In this document: one piece after another, positions 49,861 to 63,383 of the stretch
Position numbering within the stretch: the first letter of the stretch is position 1
Layout: every line of letters begins with the position of its first letter
DNA from: Raja brachyura
Lineage: Eukaryota
Length of the DNA: 64,000 nt
Assembly: GCA_963514005.1 (NCBI GenBank)
Contig: OY740804.1
Span: 5,704,001-5,768,000 of the forward strand
Reading direction: 5' to 3'
The notes under the pieces: generated by a model
What the model saw: the letters and a program-made list of their open reading frames with translations, nothing else
The model's database searches: none
What the model was told of the DNA's origin: nothing
Translations under genes and position numbers: made by a program

Positions 49861-49949
49861 GATCCCTTACATAATTGCATCTGGTGTCACCATGCTTCTC
49901 CTGATTCTCATCACTGCCTTCCTTTGGTACCAAAAGTGTAAAACCAAGG
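49861..49949 (+). CDS. Gene B TM exon, uncharged: IPYIIASGVTMLLLILITAFLWYQKCKTK
   Basis: ctgtctgacAG|...|GTGAGT, phase 2 to 1. About 22 hydrophobic residues followed by a basic stop-transfer segment. Confidence 0.85.
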
Positions 49950-51598
49950 GTGAGTTTCTGATTTCCTTTAAATAATTTCATAATACATATCTCAGTTCCT
50001 TGCAGAATATCAAGAGATTTTATCCTGTTGTAATCAACAAATACCCGGCAATAATGTATTAAAATATAGGAGGAAGCATAATTGATCAATAATGCTATCA
50101 CATTTGATGCTATCATGGTGACTCGGTGAAAAAACTGTTCTTCGAACAGCATTGCACAGAAACTGAGAGTGAAACGGCAGACATGGGTGAGAACTAAGAG
50201 GCCAGGTAGAAGTAAGATTTACATAGATACTCTCATCCTCTCAGCTGTTAGAATATGCTTTCTGTGATTAGCTGTTGTATTTCGAATCGGGTTAAGTCTT
50301 GTTTATTGTCACATGCACAAGCACGGTGAAGTACTGTTACAATGAAGATCACGCCTGCAGCCTCACAGGGACATAGACAACGTACAACATACCTGCCTCA
50401 CACAGAGGGAGGTGGGTATATGGCAGGAGCTGCCAGAGGAGGTAGTTGAGGTAGGGCAGGTCTAGCCTGGACAGGTAATCCAAGATGTAAACGCCCATGA
50501 ACTTGAAGCTGCCAACTATCTCCATCGCCGATGAAAATGTGAAAGTTCACTGAGCTGTTTTTCAGTCAGAGAGCATTAGTGGAAAGTAAAACAGTAAATA
50601 TTTCAGATCCAAGACCCATCATACAACAGGGAAAGAGGGAAAAGAGGAGGGATCCTCATTGAAAGATCAAATAGAGAAAGTCCTGGATAGGGCGGATGTA
50701 GGATGGATGTTTCCACTAGTGGGCAGTCCAGGACCAAAGATCATCACCTCAGAATTAAAGGACATTCCTTTAGGATGGAGAGGAGTAATAATTTATTTAG
50801 TCAGAGGGTGGTGAATCTGAGGAAATCTTTGCCACAAATTGCATTGGGCCTCATTCTGACAACAGAGACGACCCAGGACAGAAAGGTTAGTAGAGTTAGG
50901 GAATGGGAGGGAGAGTTAAACTGTTGATCAACCGGGAGATCAGGTAAGTTCAAGCAGCTTTAGGGTGGGATGGGTAGAGCACAGGGAATATGATCCATTC
51001 TGAACATTATGTACAGTAACCAGAACAACACGGCAGATTCTTGCTCTGTTCATGCAAATATACTGCAGTACTTTAGGGGTTCTCCTAAATATAAGGTCGT
51101 GGCAATAACACGTAGATGTTTGTGTGTTCGGAGGAACTGCAGATGGTGGTTTACACTGAAAATAAACATAAAATGCTTTATCAATTTAGCGGGTCGGGGG
51201 TGACATTTTGCCAGCAGCGCAACTGAAAATCATCAAATATAGTAGTTCTCAGCTTAGCTGGATAAAATAAACAGATTGAGAATATGAGTATGTGTGTATA
51301 TATAAACTGAACTTTTGTTTCTCTCCCGTTATGTACTATGTTTACATATTATGTTGTGCTGCAGCAAGTGAGAATGTCATTGTTCTATCTGGGACATATG
51401 ACAATAAAACACTCTTGATTCTTGACTCTTGAAAAGGAACAGGTAACGTTTTGAGTCGAGACCCTTCTTTAGGCTGAGAGTCAGAGGAAAGAAAAACAAG
51501 AGATATAGAAGGTACATGGAACAAATGAATGAAAATATATGAATGAATGATGTTTAAACCTGTTCCTGATATGGCTCTATCGACAACATATTTTCCAG

Positions 51599-51645
51599 AA
51601 TCCAATTGCAATACATCACACGGTGAAGAAAACAATGAAACCCAG
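51599..51645 (+). CDS. Gene B cytoplasmic exon 1: ESNCNTSHGEENNETQ
   Basis: ttttccAG|...CAG|GTAAAA. Phase 1 to 0 links the TM exon to the ITIM exon exactly. Confidence 0.7.
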
Positions 51646-52029
51646 GTAAAAATGTGAAATAAGAATTCTCTGAGTGATGAAGAATATATAATATTGAATT
51701 ATCTGTGTTTACACAGGCCATTTAGCAACACCAGTCCACTCCAGTTAAGAGATCCAGCGCAGAAGTAGGCCCTTCGGCTGACTGAGTCCACGCAGACTGG
51801 TGACCCCGCACACGAATTATACCAAACTAATTAACCTACAAACCTGTTGTTGGCGTTGTCAGGCAGCAACTCTACCATTGCTCTACATTACTGCGCTATC
51901 TTTGTGTTGTAAACAGCAGCAAATGCTTGTTCTGTACACTGAACAGTTTGAGACCTATTTTGCAATACACATCTGTTGAGGACCTATCAGATCCATTAGG
52001 TTGTAAAATTGCATTTTGTTATATTTCAG

Positions 52030-52317
52030 AAAATGGCAGTGTTGGAAGGGACCCACGTTGATGCAAATCTGCAGCAACTTGGAAACAACAAGGCAGCTGA
52101 CCATTTGGATAACAATGAAGGTGGAATCACGTATGCAGTGGTGAAATGTCAAAGGAAGTCGAGATCAAGGCACCATGTGACTGACAACGCTGTTGTCTAC
52201 GCAGATGTCAATTTTCAAAGCAACTGCCCAAAGGGCAATCGGAAACCCCACTCTACTGGGACTCCAGAGAACCTTAAGTTAACTTATGCCTCTGTTGTTT
52301 TTAGGAGAGATCTTTAA
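52030..52317 (+). CDS. Gene B terminal exon with three ITIMs (ITYAVV, VVYADV, LTYASV)
   Basis: atatttcAG acceptor, phase 0, TAA at 52315-52317. All three motifs fit [ILVS]xYxx[LV]. Confidence 0.85.
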   Translation, partial: KMAVLEGTHVDANLQQLGNNKAADHLDNNEGGITYAVVKCQRKSRSRHHVTDNAVVYADVNFQSNCPKGNRKPHSTGTPENLKLTYASVVFRRDL

Positions 52318-55300
52318 TTCGGTGTTAGTTTTTGGCAATATTGCTTTACACTGTTTTAATCTGCCCTATACTTTGTCAAAGATGGACACAAAATGCCGGA
52401 GTCACTCAGCAGGTCAGGCAGCATATCTGGAAAAAATGGACAGGTGACGTTTGAGGTTGGGACCCTTCTTCAGATGGTCTGAAGAAAGGTTCTAACCCAA
52501 AATGTTACCTATCCATTTTTCATAGAGATGTTTCTTGACCATCTGAGTTACTCTAGCATTTTGGGTTTGTCTTTGGTATAAACCAGCATATTTTTATAAC
52601 TATACTTTGTCAAGCTCTTTCTGAGTGGTTTTGTTCAATTCATTAGGTGTCAGGGGTGACTGGGAGGAGGCAGGAGATTGGTGTTAGGAGGGAGAGGTAG
52701 ATCAGCGATGGTTAAATGGTGGAGTAGCCTTGATGGGCCAAATTGCCTGCACTAATTACCTTATGAATTCCATTCCCTTCATCGATTTCTTTCATCTGCC
52801 AGTATAATGAATGAGCCGAGATCGTGCATATAAATGATAAAATGGCACTGCTGACCATTCCTATAATACCCACCCACATTCCCTCCACCCACAAGTTCCC
52901 CAACCCTCCCATCATCATTCCTTGCAAGGGTCAGCCGAAGCACCATACAATCCATTGTCTCTGGGGCAAAATATTGTGTATTTAAGTCTGTAAAGTGGCC
53001 GTGGATCAAGCAAGAAAATGGGTTCAAGTGGATAGTAGGCTCAGGCAGACAACCCCAAGATGTAAAATGATCCTCAAGCCTGGGTAAGGGGCCTCACTAA
53101 AACTTGATCAAGACTGGATTTTAACTGCCTCAATGACCAGTTGCAAATAAAATGTTCATACGTGAGCCCATCCCTAGATACTGTGCAGCCAAGGGGAAAT
53201 GAGCTGAGGGAGGGAAGTAATGTAGCGTGGAACTGCAGAACTATTCATAGCTTTTATAGCCTATTAGAGTGCAAGAAGCGAGTCAAAAGTGTTTTATTGT
53301 CATACAGTATGTACTTGCAGCAGCATAAAAGAGTAATATACATGAATTCCTTTATCTTATGTACTCACTGAGAATGCAAGTTGGAGGTAGGGGAGGAAGG
53401 TAATGTAGATGTGGTTGTGCTAATGGCACTGAAAGCTTTGTATCTGAGGGCATTTGCCCCAGGACATGTATAAACAAAGTTGGCCAATTCGTAATAAAAA
53501 TGTTTTTTCTGAAAACAAGCCCAGAGTCCACGTGAAAATTTCCCGTCTACAACGTCCCTGCCCAGTACATGAGCACACGACCTACGAGCACCTCAGTGCC
53601 AACTGGTAGAGTACATCACTGCCTGCACTGCAGATTTCTGGGTGAGATAATAAACCAAGAAGACTCAACTGTCATGACCACAGAAACCCCCCACAAAAAA
53701 GGCAATTACTGCAGCAGAAGAAAGTTTGATTGGAAATTCTGGTCTTAGCAGTATTGCTACAGGACCTCTTCTCAACTCTGGGGGTACTCTGTTCGAAATA
53801 TGTAAAGTTCGTACTGAGCAGGAGAGTGCAGATGAAGGGATGAGGTTTTCCTTGGCTCAATTGTCCAAACGCAGTGTGAAGGGGTAAGTTGGGCCGAAGG
53901 GCCTGTTTCTGCGTTGTATGACTATATGACTCCAATGCAATCTAGCCTGGGAACAATTGTTTCTTAGTTATTAAAGGATCTATGGAAATAGAACTATTAC
54001 TGGATATTGACATGATGAAAGACAAGCTATGATATTAATGCATGACGTTGTTATGAAGGACCGAATGGGGCCTGACATATTTGTTCATTAATTTTTTCAC
54101 CCAACAATACACATTTATTTGTTTTGAACACATTTCCAGTCAATGTACAAACACATCAAAGGCCAATGTGCCATGGAATGAAACATTGAGTTTGAGCTGC
54201 ATCTTGCTATGGTCAACGTGCTTCCTGTTAATATGAGCAGTTGAGCTAAACACAAAATAAACACCTCAGTGGATCAAACAACATCTCTGAAAGGAAATCG
54301 ACAGATGACATTTCAGGTCACAACCCTACTTCAGACTGGTGTTATTTTTCTCAGAATATGACTGCAACAGAAACCCACAAACAAACAATGTTCATAGGTT
54401 TATTAGTACGAGGTGCAGAAGTAGGCCTTTTGGCCCATCAAGTCTACTCTGCCATTCAATCATGGCTGATCTATCTTCCCCTCTCACTCCCATTCACCTG
54501 CCTTCTCCCCATAACTCCTGACACCCACACTAATCAGGAATCTGTCAATCTCTGCCTCGGAAATATACATTGACTTGGCTTCTACAGCCGTCTGTTGAAA
54601 TACATTCCACAGATTCACCACCCTCTGACTAAAGAAATTTGGCACATATCTCTCTGGCAAGGTTCCCTCAAGTTCCTATCAAATCTGACCCCCTCATCTT
54701 AAACCTATGTCCCCTGGTTCTTAAATATTCAGCAAGAACATGCAGAGTATAAGAATGTTAGCTCAGGGACAGCACCTTGCCCTGGCAGATCAGTGGGTTT
54801 CAGGTAGGACACAGTGGCACAGTGGTAGAGTTGCGGTCTTACAGCACCTGAGACCCTGGTTCGATGCTGACCTTGGGTGCTGTCTGTATGGTGTCTGTGC
54901 ATTCTCCCTGTGTCCACATGGGTTTTCTCTGGGTGCTCTGGTTTCCTCCCACACTCCAAAGACATGCAGGTTTGTAGGTTATTTTGCACAGTAAATTGTA
55001 TGCGGGTTGAACACTGGTAGGCGTCAACTCGGTGGGCCTAGGAGCCTGTTTCCACGCTGTATCAATAAAGTTTTCTTGTAAATTGCACACTCTAGAAGTA
55101 TATGGATAACAACTTTGTCAAGAGTACAGCTGTCTTGTGTACCTCTGTGGTTGTGCAACACAACGCAATGCAACGCAAAAAGGATCTGACTGGGGAGCCC
55201 TTCCCACCGCCACCCAAGGAAGGATGTTCACAGTCGGGTTGCAAAACCATCGGGGAGGAAGTACCATAGACTTAACTCTGCAGTTTGCTTGCCAGTTTGC

Positions 55301-56294
55301 AAGCATGCAGCTCCCATGCTGCTAACCAAGGTTCAATCCTTGTTCTTGCCTGCAAGGTAAGTTGAAGGATATGTCAGACAATCACACATAGGCACAGCTG
55401 GTAGAGCCGCTCCCTCACAGCAACCGAGAACCGGGTTCGATCCTGACCTCGAGTGCTGTCTGTGTGGAGTTCGCACCTTCTCCCTGTGAACATGTCCGTT
55501 TTCTCTGAATGCTCGGGATTCCTCCCACATCCCAAAGACGTGTGGGTTTGTAGGTCAATTGGCCCTCAGCAAATTGACCCTCGTGTGTAGGGAGTGGATG
55601 CGAAAGTAGTCGGTGTGGACTCGGTGGTCCAAAGGGCCTTTTCCATGCTGTATCACTCTATAAATGAGTTTACCAAGTGCATTTTATTGTGCATTCTGAT
55701 ATTTGGATGATCTTAAACGTTGATGGGAGGAAGATGATAAGTTACACGAGAGACCTCTGGAACAGCCAACACACTGGATATGCATTTCAGTAACAAATTG
55801 GATGAGACAGTGTGATGAATGAATAATACATGGTAGACTGTCTATAATATGAGAAGGATTGTTAGAACAGGCCTTCAGCCAAGAGATAAATATAATCCAA
55901 GCTTTATGTATAAGAAGGAACTACAGATGCTGGTTTTATCAAAGATAGACACAAAATGCTGGAGTAACTTAGAGGGACAGGCAGCATCTCTGGATATTCC
56001 TTCCCTCCAGAGATGCTGCCTGTCCTGCTGAGTTACTCCCGCATTTTGTGTCTATCCAAGCTTTATGTAGTCTGGTTTACTGACATTCCACAGAGCTGTC
56101 CCTGCAGTAAGCATGCGATTAATTGCTGCGACATTAACAACAGCAAGAGTGAATTTATGTTGAATTTAGCTTTTTTTAAAACATTTTTTTGATATGTGCC
56201 TGTGATGCTGCTGAAAGTAAGATTTCCATTGTACCTGTGCCTCGCTGTTCTTGTGCACATCACAATAAATTTGGCTTGGCTGGGCTTGACGACT

Positions 56295-56880
56295 AATATG
56301 TTAAAATTGTACAAGGCATTGGTAAGACCAATGCTGGAGTATGGTGTACAATTTTGGTCGCCTAATTATAGGAAGGATGTCAATGAAATAGAGAGAGAGT
56401 ACAGAGGAGATTTACTAGAATGTTGCCTGGGTTCCAGCAACTAAGTTACAGAGAAAGGTTGAACAAGTTAGGTCTTTATTCTTTGGAGCGCAGAAGGTTA
56501 AGGGGGGACTTGATTGAGGTCTCTAAAATTATGAAAGGGATAGACAAACTTGACGTGGATAAGCTTTTCCCATTGAGGGTAGGGAAGATTCAAACAAGAG
56601 GGCATGACATAAGAATTAAGGGACAGAAGTTTAGGGGTAACATGGGGGGGAGCTTCTTTACTCAGAGAATGGTGGCTGTGTGGAATGAGCTTCCAGCAGA
56701 AGTGATGGAGGAAGGATCGATTTTAACATTTAAAAGTAAAGTGGATAGGTATATGGACGGGAAGGGAATGGAGGGCTATGGTTTGAGTGCAGGTAGATGG
56801 GACTAGGGTAAAATAAATGGTCGGCACGGACTGGAAGGGCCGAGAGGGCCTGTTTCCGTGCTGTAATTGTTATATGGTTA
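56295..56880 (+). mobile_element. CR1 LINE 3' fragment
   Basis: LYKALVRPMLEYGVQFWSP, LYSLERRRLRGDLIEV, FFTQRMVAVWNELP. Confidence 0.88.
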
Positions 56881-57074
56881 GGGTGGGACAGTGGAGCAGC
56901 GGTAGAGCTGCGGCCTCACAGCGCCAGAGACCTAGATTCGATCCTGACTATGGGTGTTGTCTGTAGAGTTTGTACGTTCTCCCTGTGACTACATGGGTTT
57001 CCTCCTGGTGCTCCGGTTTCTTCCCTCATCCCAAAGATGTACAGGTTTGTAGGTTGATTGATTTTGGTAAGAAC

Positions 57075-57820
57075 AATGGCGTCAAGTTGGGAAAAGGGGA
57101 AGTACAACGGGATGTGCGGGTCCTTGTACATGCAGGTACAGCAGGCAGTGAAGAAAGCGAATGGCATGTTGGCCTTTATAACAAGAGAAATCGAATATAG
57201 GAGCAAAAAGGTCCTTTTGCAATTGTACAGAGCCCTAGTGGGACCACACCTGGAGTATTGTGCGCAGTGTTGGTCCCCTAATTTGACGAAGGGCATTCTT
57301 GCTATTGAGGGAGTGCAGCATAGGTTTACAAGGTTAATTCCCGGGATGGCGGGACTGTCATATGCTGAGAGTATGGAGCAGCTGGGCTTGTACACTCTGG
57401 AGTTTAGAAGGATGAGAGGGGATCTCATTGAAACATATAAGATTGTTAAGGGCTTGGACACGCTAGAGGCAGGAAACATGTTCCCGGTGTAGGGGGAGTC
57501 CAGAAGCAGGGGCCACGATTTAAGAATAAGGAGCAAGCCATTTAGAACGGAGACGAGGAAACATTTTTTTCTCACAGAGAGTGGTGAGTCTGTGGAATTC
57601 TCTGCCTCAGAGAGCGGTGGAGGCAGGTTCTCTGGATGCTTTCAAGAGAGAGCTAGATAGAGCTCTTCAAAATAGCGGATTCAGGGGATATGGGGAGATG
57701 GCAGGAACGGGGTACTGATTGGGGATGATCAGCCATGATCACATTGAATGGCGGTGCTGGCTCGAAGGGGCAAATGGCCTACTCCTGCACCTATTGTCTA
57801 TTGTCTATTGTCTATTGTCC
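57075..57820 (+). mobile_element. CR1 3' fragment nested in a SINE
   Basis: Same subfamily as 26660-28148, with a (TCTATTG)n tail. SINE halves lie at 56883-57070 and 57820-57935. Confidence 0.85.
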
Positions 57821-58311
57821 AAAAATTGTAAATTGTTTCTAGTGTGTTGGATAGTGGTAGTGTATGGGGTGATTGCTGGTCGGTGCGGACTCGGTGGGCC
57901 AAAGGGCCTGTTTCCACACTGTATCTCTAAAAGTAAAAAAACTAAAATTAAAAGGCTGGACTATGAAAATTGGATTACTTTTATTTTACACTCCAAAGAC
58001 GAACAGGTATGTAGGCAAATTGGCTTGGTAAAAGTAAAAAATTGCCTCTAGTGTGTGTAGGATAGTGTTAATGTGCGAGGATTGCTGATTGGCATGGAGT
58101 CGGCGGGCTGAAGGGCCTGTTTACTAAACTAAACAGAACTAAATTTTACTGAGACAACATCAAATTCTAAAGTTTCACTATTTTATCATCAGTCTCATTC
58201 TGGTTTCACAATCAGGCTTCCTGTTCCCTGCTTCCTCATTCTTAATACATGTCATATTTGTCAGACCATTCAGTCTGAGGACTAAGAGTTGAGCAGCAGA
58301 TCAGTGCTAAC

Positions 58312-58369
58312 ATGGTTTCCTTGGATAAAACGATGTGGATTCCAATTCTTCTCATTTATTCCCTGCCCT
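58312..58369 (+). pseudogene. Gene C: divergent leader exon MVSLDKTMWIPILLIYSLP with a degenerate donor
   Basis: Homologous to the leaders of A and B. The first ATG is changed to TTG (58321), the donor is T|GTCAAT, and an in-frame TAA follows. ETS- and C/EBP-like motifs at 58204-58237. No V exon seen up to 64000. Confidence 0.6.
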
Positions 58370-61300
58370 GTCAATAACAGCTTGATTTTGACGTTCATGT
58401 GATCAGACTGTACGGGAAGTACGAGATAGTCACAAAGTGCTGGAGTAACTCAACGGGACATGCTGAAGAAAATCTTGACCCATACCTTCTATCCAGAGAT
58501 GCTGCCCCTCCATCTGAGTTACTCCAGCATTTTGTGTCTATCTTCGGTGTAAACCAGCATCTGCAGTTCCTTCCTTTACATATGCTGGAAATACTTAGCA
58601 GGTGTGCCGTGAAAAAGAGTTATCCTTTCAGATCAGAGATAATTCGACCTAAAACCTAACTCTATCTCTCTCCCCACAGATGCAGCCTGACAACCTGATT
58701 ATTTTTTTGTTTTTGTGTTAGATTTTTTAACCTGCGTAGTTTAATTTTGATTTTCATTTTGGTGATCAGAATTTATCTGGGTCTTGTGCGCCATTTCAGC
58801 AGTGGAGATAGTTAAATGCTTGCAAATGTAAAGATAACATACATATTGGGGCGTGGAATAAGAAAAGGTATGTTGGAAGAACTCAGCGGGTCAGCCAGCA
58901 TCTGTGAATGCGAAGAGGACCCTGCATCGGGACTGAGTAAGGGAGGCAGGAAAGATTGATTCAGGATCGGTAGATGGGCTGTGTGGGAGGAGAACACCAG
59001 AGGGTGTGAATTACCCTAAATTGGAAAATGTAATGTTTGTACCATTGATGTTTTGAGCTATCAATCAACATCTCGTGTTCTGCTCGTGTATTCTCCATCA
59101 GACACATCCTCTTCATCCTGTTCCACATCCTCTTCCTCAACCAGCCCAACCCCCCCCACCCTTTAGTACATCTATATGTTGCCAAACATCTCTGTCCCCT
59201 CTCAGTCCTGATGCAGGGAATCAATCTGAAAGAACGACTTGCACTTTTTTGCCTTCAAACCTCCATAACCCATTGATTCCTTCCAGTGTGCTGTTTGTTG
59301 TTCCAGATTCCACCATCTGCAATCTCTTTTGTCTCAATATTAGAGTGTGGTCTTCCAATCTCCTCCTGTCTCTATCACTGTGCCACACATAAATCATGGC
59401 CGCCAATGTATCTGAAAGCACAAACTGACTGTGAATGAAAGAACAGAGACCCCCACGCCTATGTTCTCAGCAGCCCCCGACCAGGACCAGTGTTGTTTGT
59501 TGCTCCAACTTCACGCCATGGTTGAAATTAGGTTTCTCTGCTGTAATCGACGCATCTACTTACTTTGAAGAAGGGTCTAGACCCAAAACGTCACCCATTC
59601 CTTCTCTCCAGGGATGCCGCCTGTCCCACTGAGTTACTCTAGCATTTTGTGTCCATCTTCAGTTTAAACCAGCATCTGCAGTTCCTTCCTAGATACTACT
59701 TACTTTGCCAAGCCTTTTCAAGTTAAGCCCCCCAACTCCACAGTGACGTAGCAGTAGAGTTGCTGCCTTACAGCGTCAGGGACTTGGGTTTGATCCTGAT
59801 CTCGGGTGCTTTCTGTGTGGAGTTTGTAGGTTCTCCCCATGACAGCATGGCCTTTCTCTGCCTGCTCCGGTTTCCTCGCACATTTCTAAGATGTGCACGT
59901 TTGTAGGTTAATGAGCTTCTGTAAATTGCTCCTAGTATTTTCGATGTGAATGTGGGATGAGATTGAACTAGTGTGAACGGTTGATCGATGGTCGGCATAG
60001 ACTTGGTGGGTTGAAGGGCCTGCTTCCACGCTGTGCCTCTAAACTAAAACTAGGCTACTCCACTCCCATTTGAAGAAAGGTCCTGATCTGAAACATCACC
60101 TATTCATTCTCTCCAGAGATGCTGCCTGACCCGTTAAGTTGTTCCAGAATTTTGTATTTTTTTTGCAAACCAGCTTCTGCAGTTCCTCATATTTCCACTC
60201 CCTTCCTTGTTCCCAAAGATCAGAATTGGCCATTAAATTACTGAATCTGGGTCAGCTTTGCAAATAGCATCCATTTTGCTCAATGCATTGAATGATGCAG
60301 TCTCCTTCCTCACACCCATCCCCAACATAGACTGAGAGGAGTTATGTTACAGTGCAAACATCTTCCCTCCACAACTAAAGGTTGTGAGTTCAAATCTCAT
60401 CACAGCACCTGAGCAAATAACCCACCTGAACACTTCAGTGAAGAGCGAGTAAATGTGCCGATCTACAAGGCATGTCGTGCATCGCAGGCAGGGCTGGATT
60501 TAGATGAAGAGAGGCCCTTAGTTGTTCCACTTGTGAAGCTCCTCCAAATCCCCCAGCCCCACGACGAGAGGAAGATGGTCCACCAGACTGACATTGATTT
60601 GCAGCCGAGCGTGGCCAATGAGATAAGGGGCAGGAAAGCTTCACTTTTTATTGATTTATATATTGCCAGTGCTAGTGTCGAGTTATTGGCTTTAAACACT
60701 GGAGGGCAAGGAAAATAACTGAAGGGTTGTTTAGAGACTACAGTGCGTTGTGACAGCATATCTAAGAAAGGACTATGACAGTGTCAAAAATATTATACAC
60801 CTTGCAGGGCTCTCACTTAATTTTTTTTTCTCTGTTGTCAGCCGGGTGAGCTATGAAGAGGATATGGAGAGTCATTGTGGAATGCAGTTGGGTTAAGTGA
60901 ATGCACAAGGATGTGGGAATTGCAACATATGAGACAGCAGGTGAAGAAAGCAGAAATGCTGAACGGTTTTATTAACGGCAACAGATTGAAATGTCTTCAT
61001 GTTTAGTTTAGAGACACAGTGGAGACAGGCCCTTCGGCCACCGAGTCTGCACCACCAACAATTAACACTACCCTACACACACTTGGGCAGTGGGCAGGTG
61101 CTCTGGACATGCACGGGAAGGTAGATGCTCCCACCCACACGAATCGCGGGCAGATAGGGCTCGTCAGCCTGGGAAAGCAGTCAATCTGGATTATGGCCAC
61201 AATCCACTGCCTTGTGGCCATAATCCAGTCATGGAAAAGGCTCCTGGAGTAAACCTCAAGCAAATCCAGAGTCAGAGCCCCTAAGGCAGTTTGTTGTTGT

Positions 61301-62572
61301 CTACAACCTCGCGCCGGCAGCTCCTGCGACGGCGCTGGTGCCAGCGACGTGGAGAGGTGGGACGTGCTGCATGGGCAACAGCCTGTCCTCCATATGACAT
61401 CGCCCAGGCTTGCATTCGACCACACATCACCTGCAAACTAGGATGTATCACCCATGGTCAGTCATGACCGAGGGGGGCCTACAACACATACTTGGGACAA
61501 TTTACAATTTTACCAAGCCAATTATCCTGCACCTCTATGGCATTGAGGAAAAGAGGAACCTGGAGATCTTGAAGAAAACCCATGTGGTCATGGGTAGAAC
61601 ATACAAACTCTATACAGGCAGCAACCATAGTTGGGATCGAACCTGGATGTCTGACGCTGTAAGCGCTATAAGGCAGAAACTCCACTGCTGCACCACCATG
61701 CTGTGGAGCAGAAGGACCCAGATATCTCCAAACATGAATCATTGAAAGTTGACCAACTGTGCAGCTATTAGGAAGGCAAACAGAATGTGGGCAATTGTTG
61801 TCAATTATATAGGGTTCTGTTGAGACTGTGTCTGGAATGTTTTGTAGGTCTGGTCTCAATACTTAATGATGGATATACTTGCAAAGGAGAGAGTGCAGCC
61901 AAGATTCAATTGTTTGATGCACAGCTGGTAGAGCTGCTGCCTCACAGCACCAGACGCCCAGGTTCAATCCTGACTATGGGTTCTGTCTGTGAAGAGTTTG
62001 CACATCCTATCTGTGACTGCATGGGGTTTCTCTGGGTGCTCTGGTTTCCTCCCACATTCCAAAGATGTGCAGTTTTGTAGGTTGATTGGCTTCCATAAAT
62101 TCTCCCCAGTGTGTAAGATATGAAAGTGGGATCACATAGAACTAATACAACGGTGATAGATGGACAGTATAGACTCGGTGGGCCAAAGAGTCGGTTACAA
62201 CACTGTATTTAAACTAAACTTAAAATTCAGCAGTCTACATTCTGATGAAGAAATCATCGCCTATTCCTTTGCTCCGGAGATGCTGCCTGACCAGCTGAGA
62301 TACTCCAGCTTTTTGTGGCTAATTTTATGGAAGCAGGTACAGGGGATGCTACTGCTTGTGCATCTGCCTCACAGCCCCTGTCGGCTGGGTTCAATTCCGA
62401 ACTTCATTGCTTTTTGTGTGGAGTTTGCATGTTCTCTCTGCGACAGCATTGTTATCCTCGGGATTCTCCAGTGTCCTCCCACATCCCAGAGCATGCTGGG
62501 TGGTAGGATAACTGCCAACAGTAACATGCAAGAGAATAGGTGAAGGGGTGTAGGTTGGGGGCAGATTAAGGA

Positions 62573-63383
62573 CAAAGTTCAAAGGACATTTATTATCACA
62601 TACACCAATTGGTGTAGTGAAATGTGACTTGCCATTGCAGCACATAAATACAGATAAAACACTACATTAAAGAATGTAACAGTGAACATAAAAACATCCT
62701 CCCACAATGGTTCCCACTGTGGGGGAAGGCAGCAAAGTTCAGTCCCATCCCCAGTTCACCCATAGTCGGGCCTATTGAGGCCTCTGCAGTTGCTGCTACG
62801 GCAGCCCGATGCTTCAGGCCCTCTGGCCTCGGGAGAACATTCTCAGTGGCCCGGAGTGTCTGGAGCGGCAGCTTCCTCCTCGGAGTTCCCGAAGTCCACG
62901 GGCCGCGCCAGTCGGAGCTCTGACTCTGGCGATCTCGTCATGAGATCCCAGGCTCCGCGGTGTTTAAAGCTCAGCGCCGCCCGCCCGCGGCTGGAAGCTC
63001 CACAGACCGCAGACCGCAGCTCCGCGATGTTCCAGTCGGCGGTCCCAGCCCTCCGGAGCCCATCGCACGGCGACCCGGGCAAGGCATCGCCCGCTCCATG
63101 ATCACGCTCCAGTGCTGTGTGCCGCCCCAAAGCTGAAGTCCCGGCCGGTCCCGGCAGGAAACGCCACTCCAGACTGCCGGTAGGCCGCGAGGGAGGGGCG
63201 AAGATACGGCCCGGAGAAAAGCCGCATCGCCATCCAGATAGGTACTGAGAAAATAGTTCCCCCCTTCCCACATAAAAAGACTAAAACCTCTCCAAAACAA
63301 ACACTTTTAACTAACTAAAAATTACAAAAAGAGTGAAAAGACTAACAGCTGCTGGCAGGGCAGCCATACTCGACGGCGCCCCC
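62573..63383 (-). mobile_element. GC-rich non-coding interspersed element (architecture similar to 46387-47181)
   Basis: Minus strand begins GGGGCGCCGTCGAGTATGGCTGCC, then a T-rich tract, a CpG-rich body and an AATAAA tail. Confidence 0.5.

Noticed and set aside
54355-54397. Exon-like EYDCNRNPQTNNVH(R) with a good acceptor and phase 1 to 2
   Set aside because: It lies downstream of the gene B stop, has a weak GTTTAT donor, abuts repeats and has no paralog in the window.
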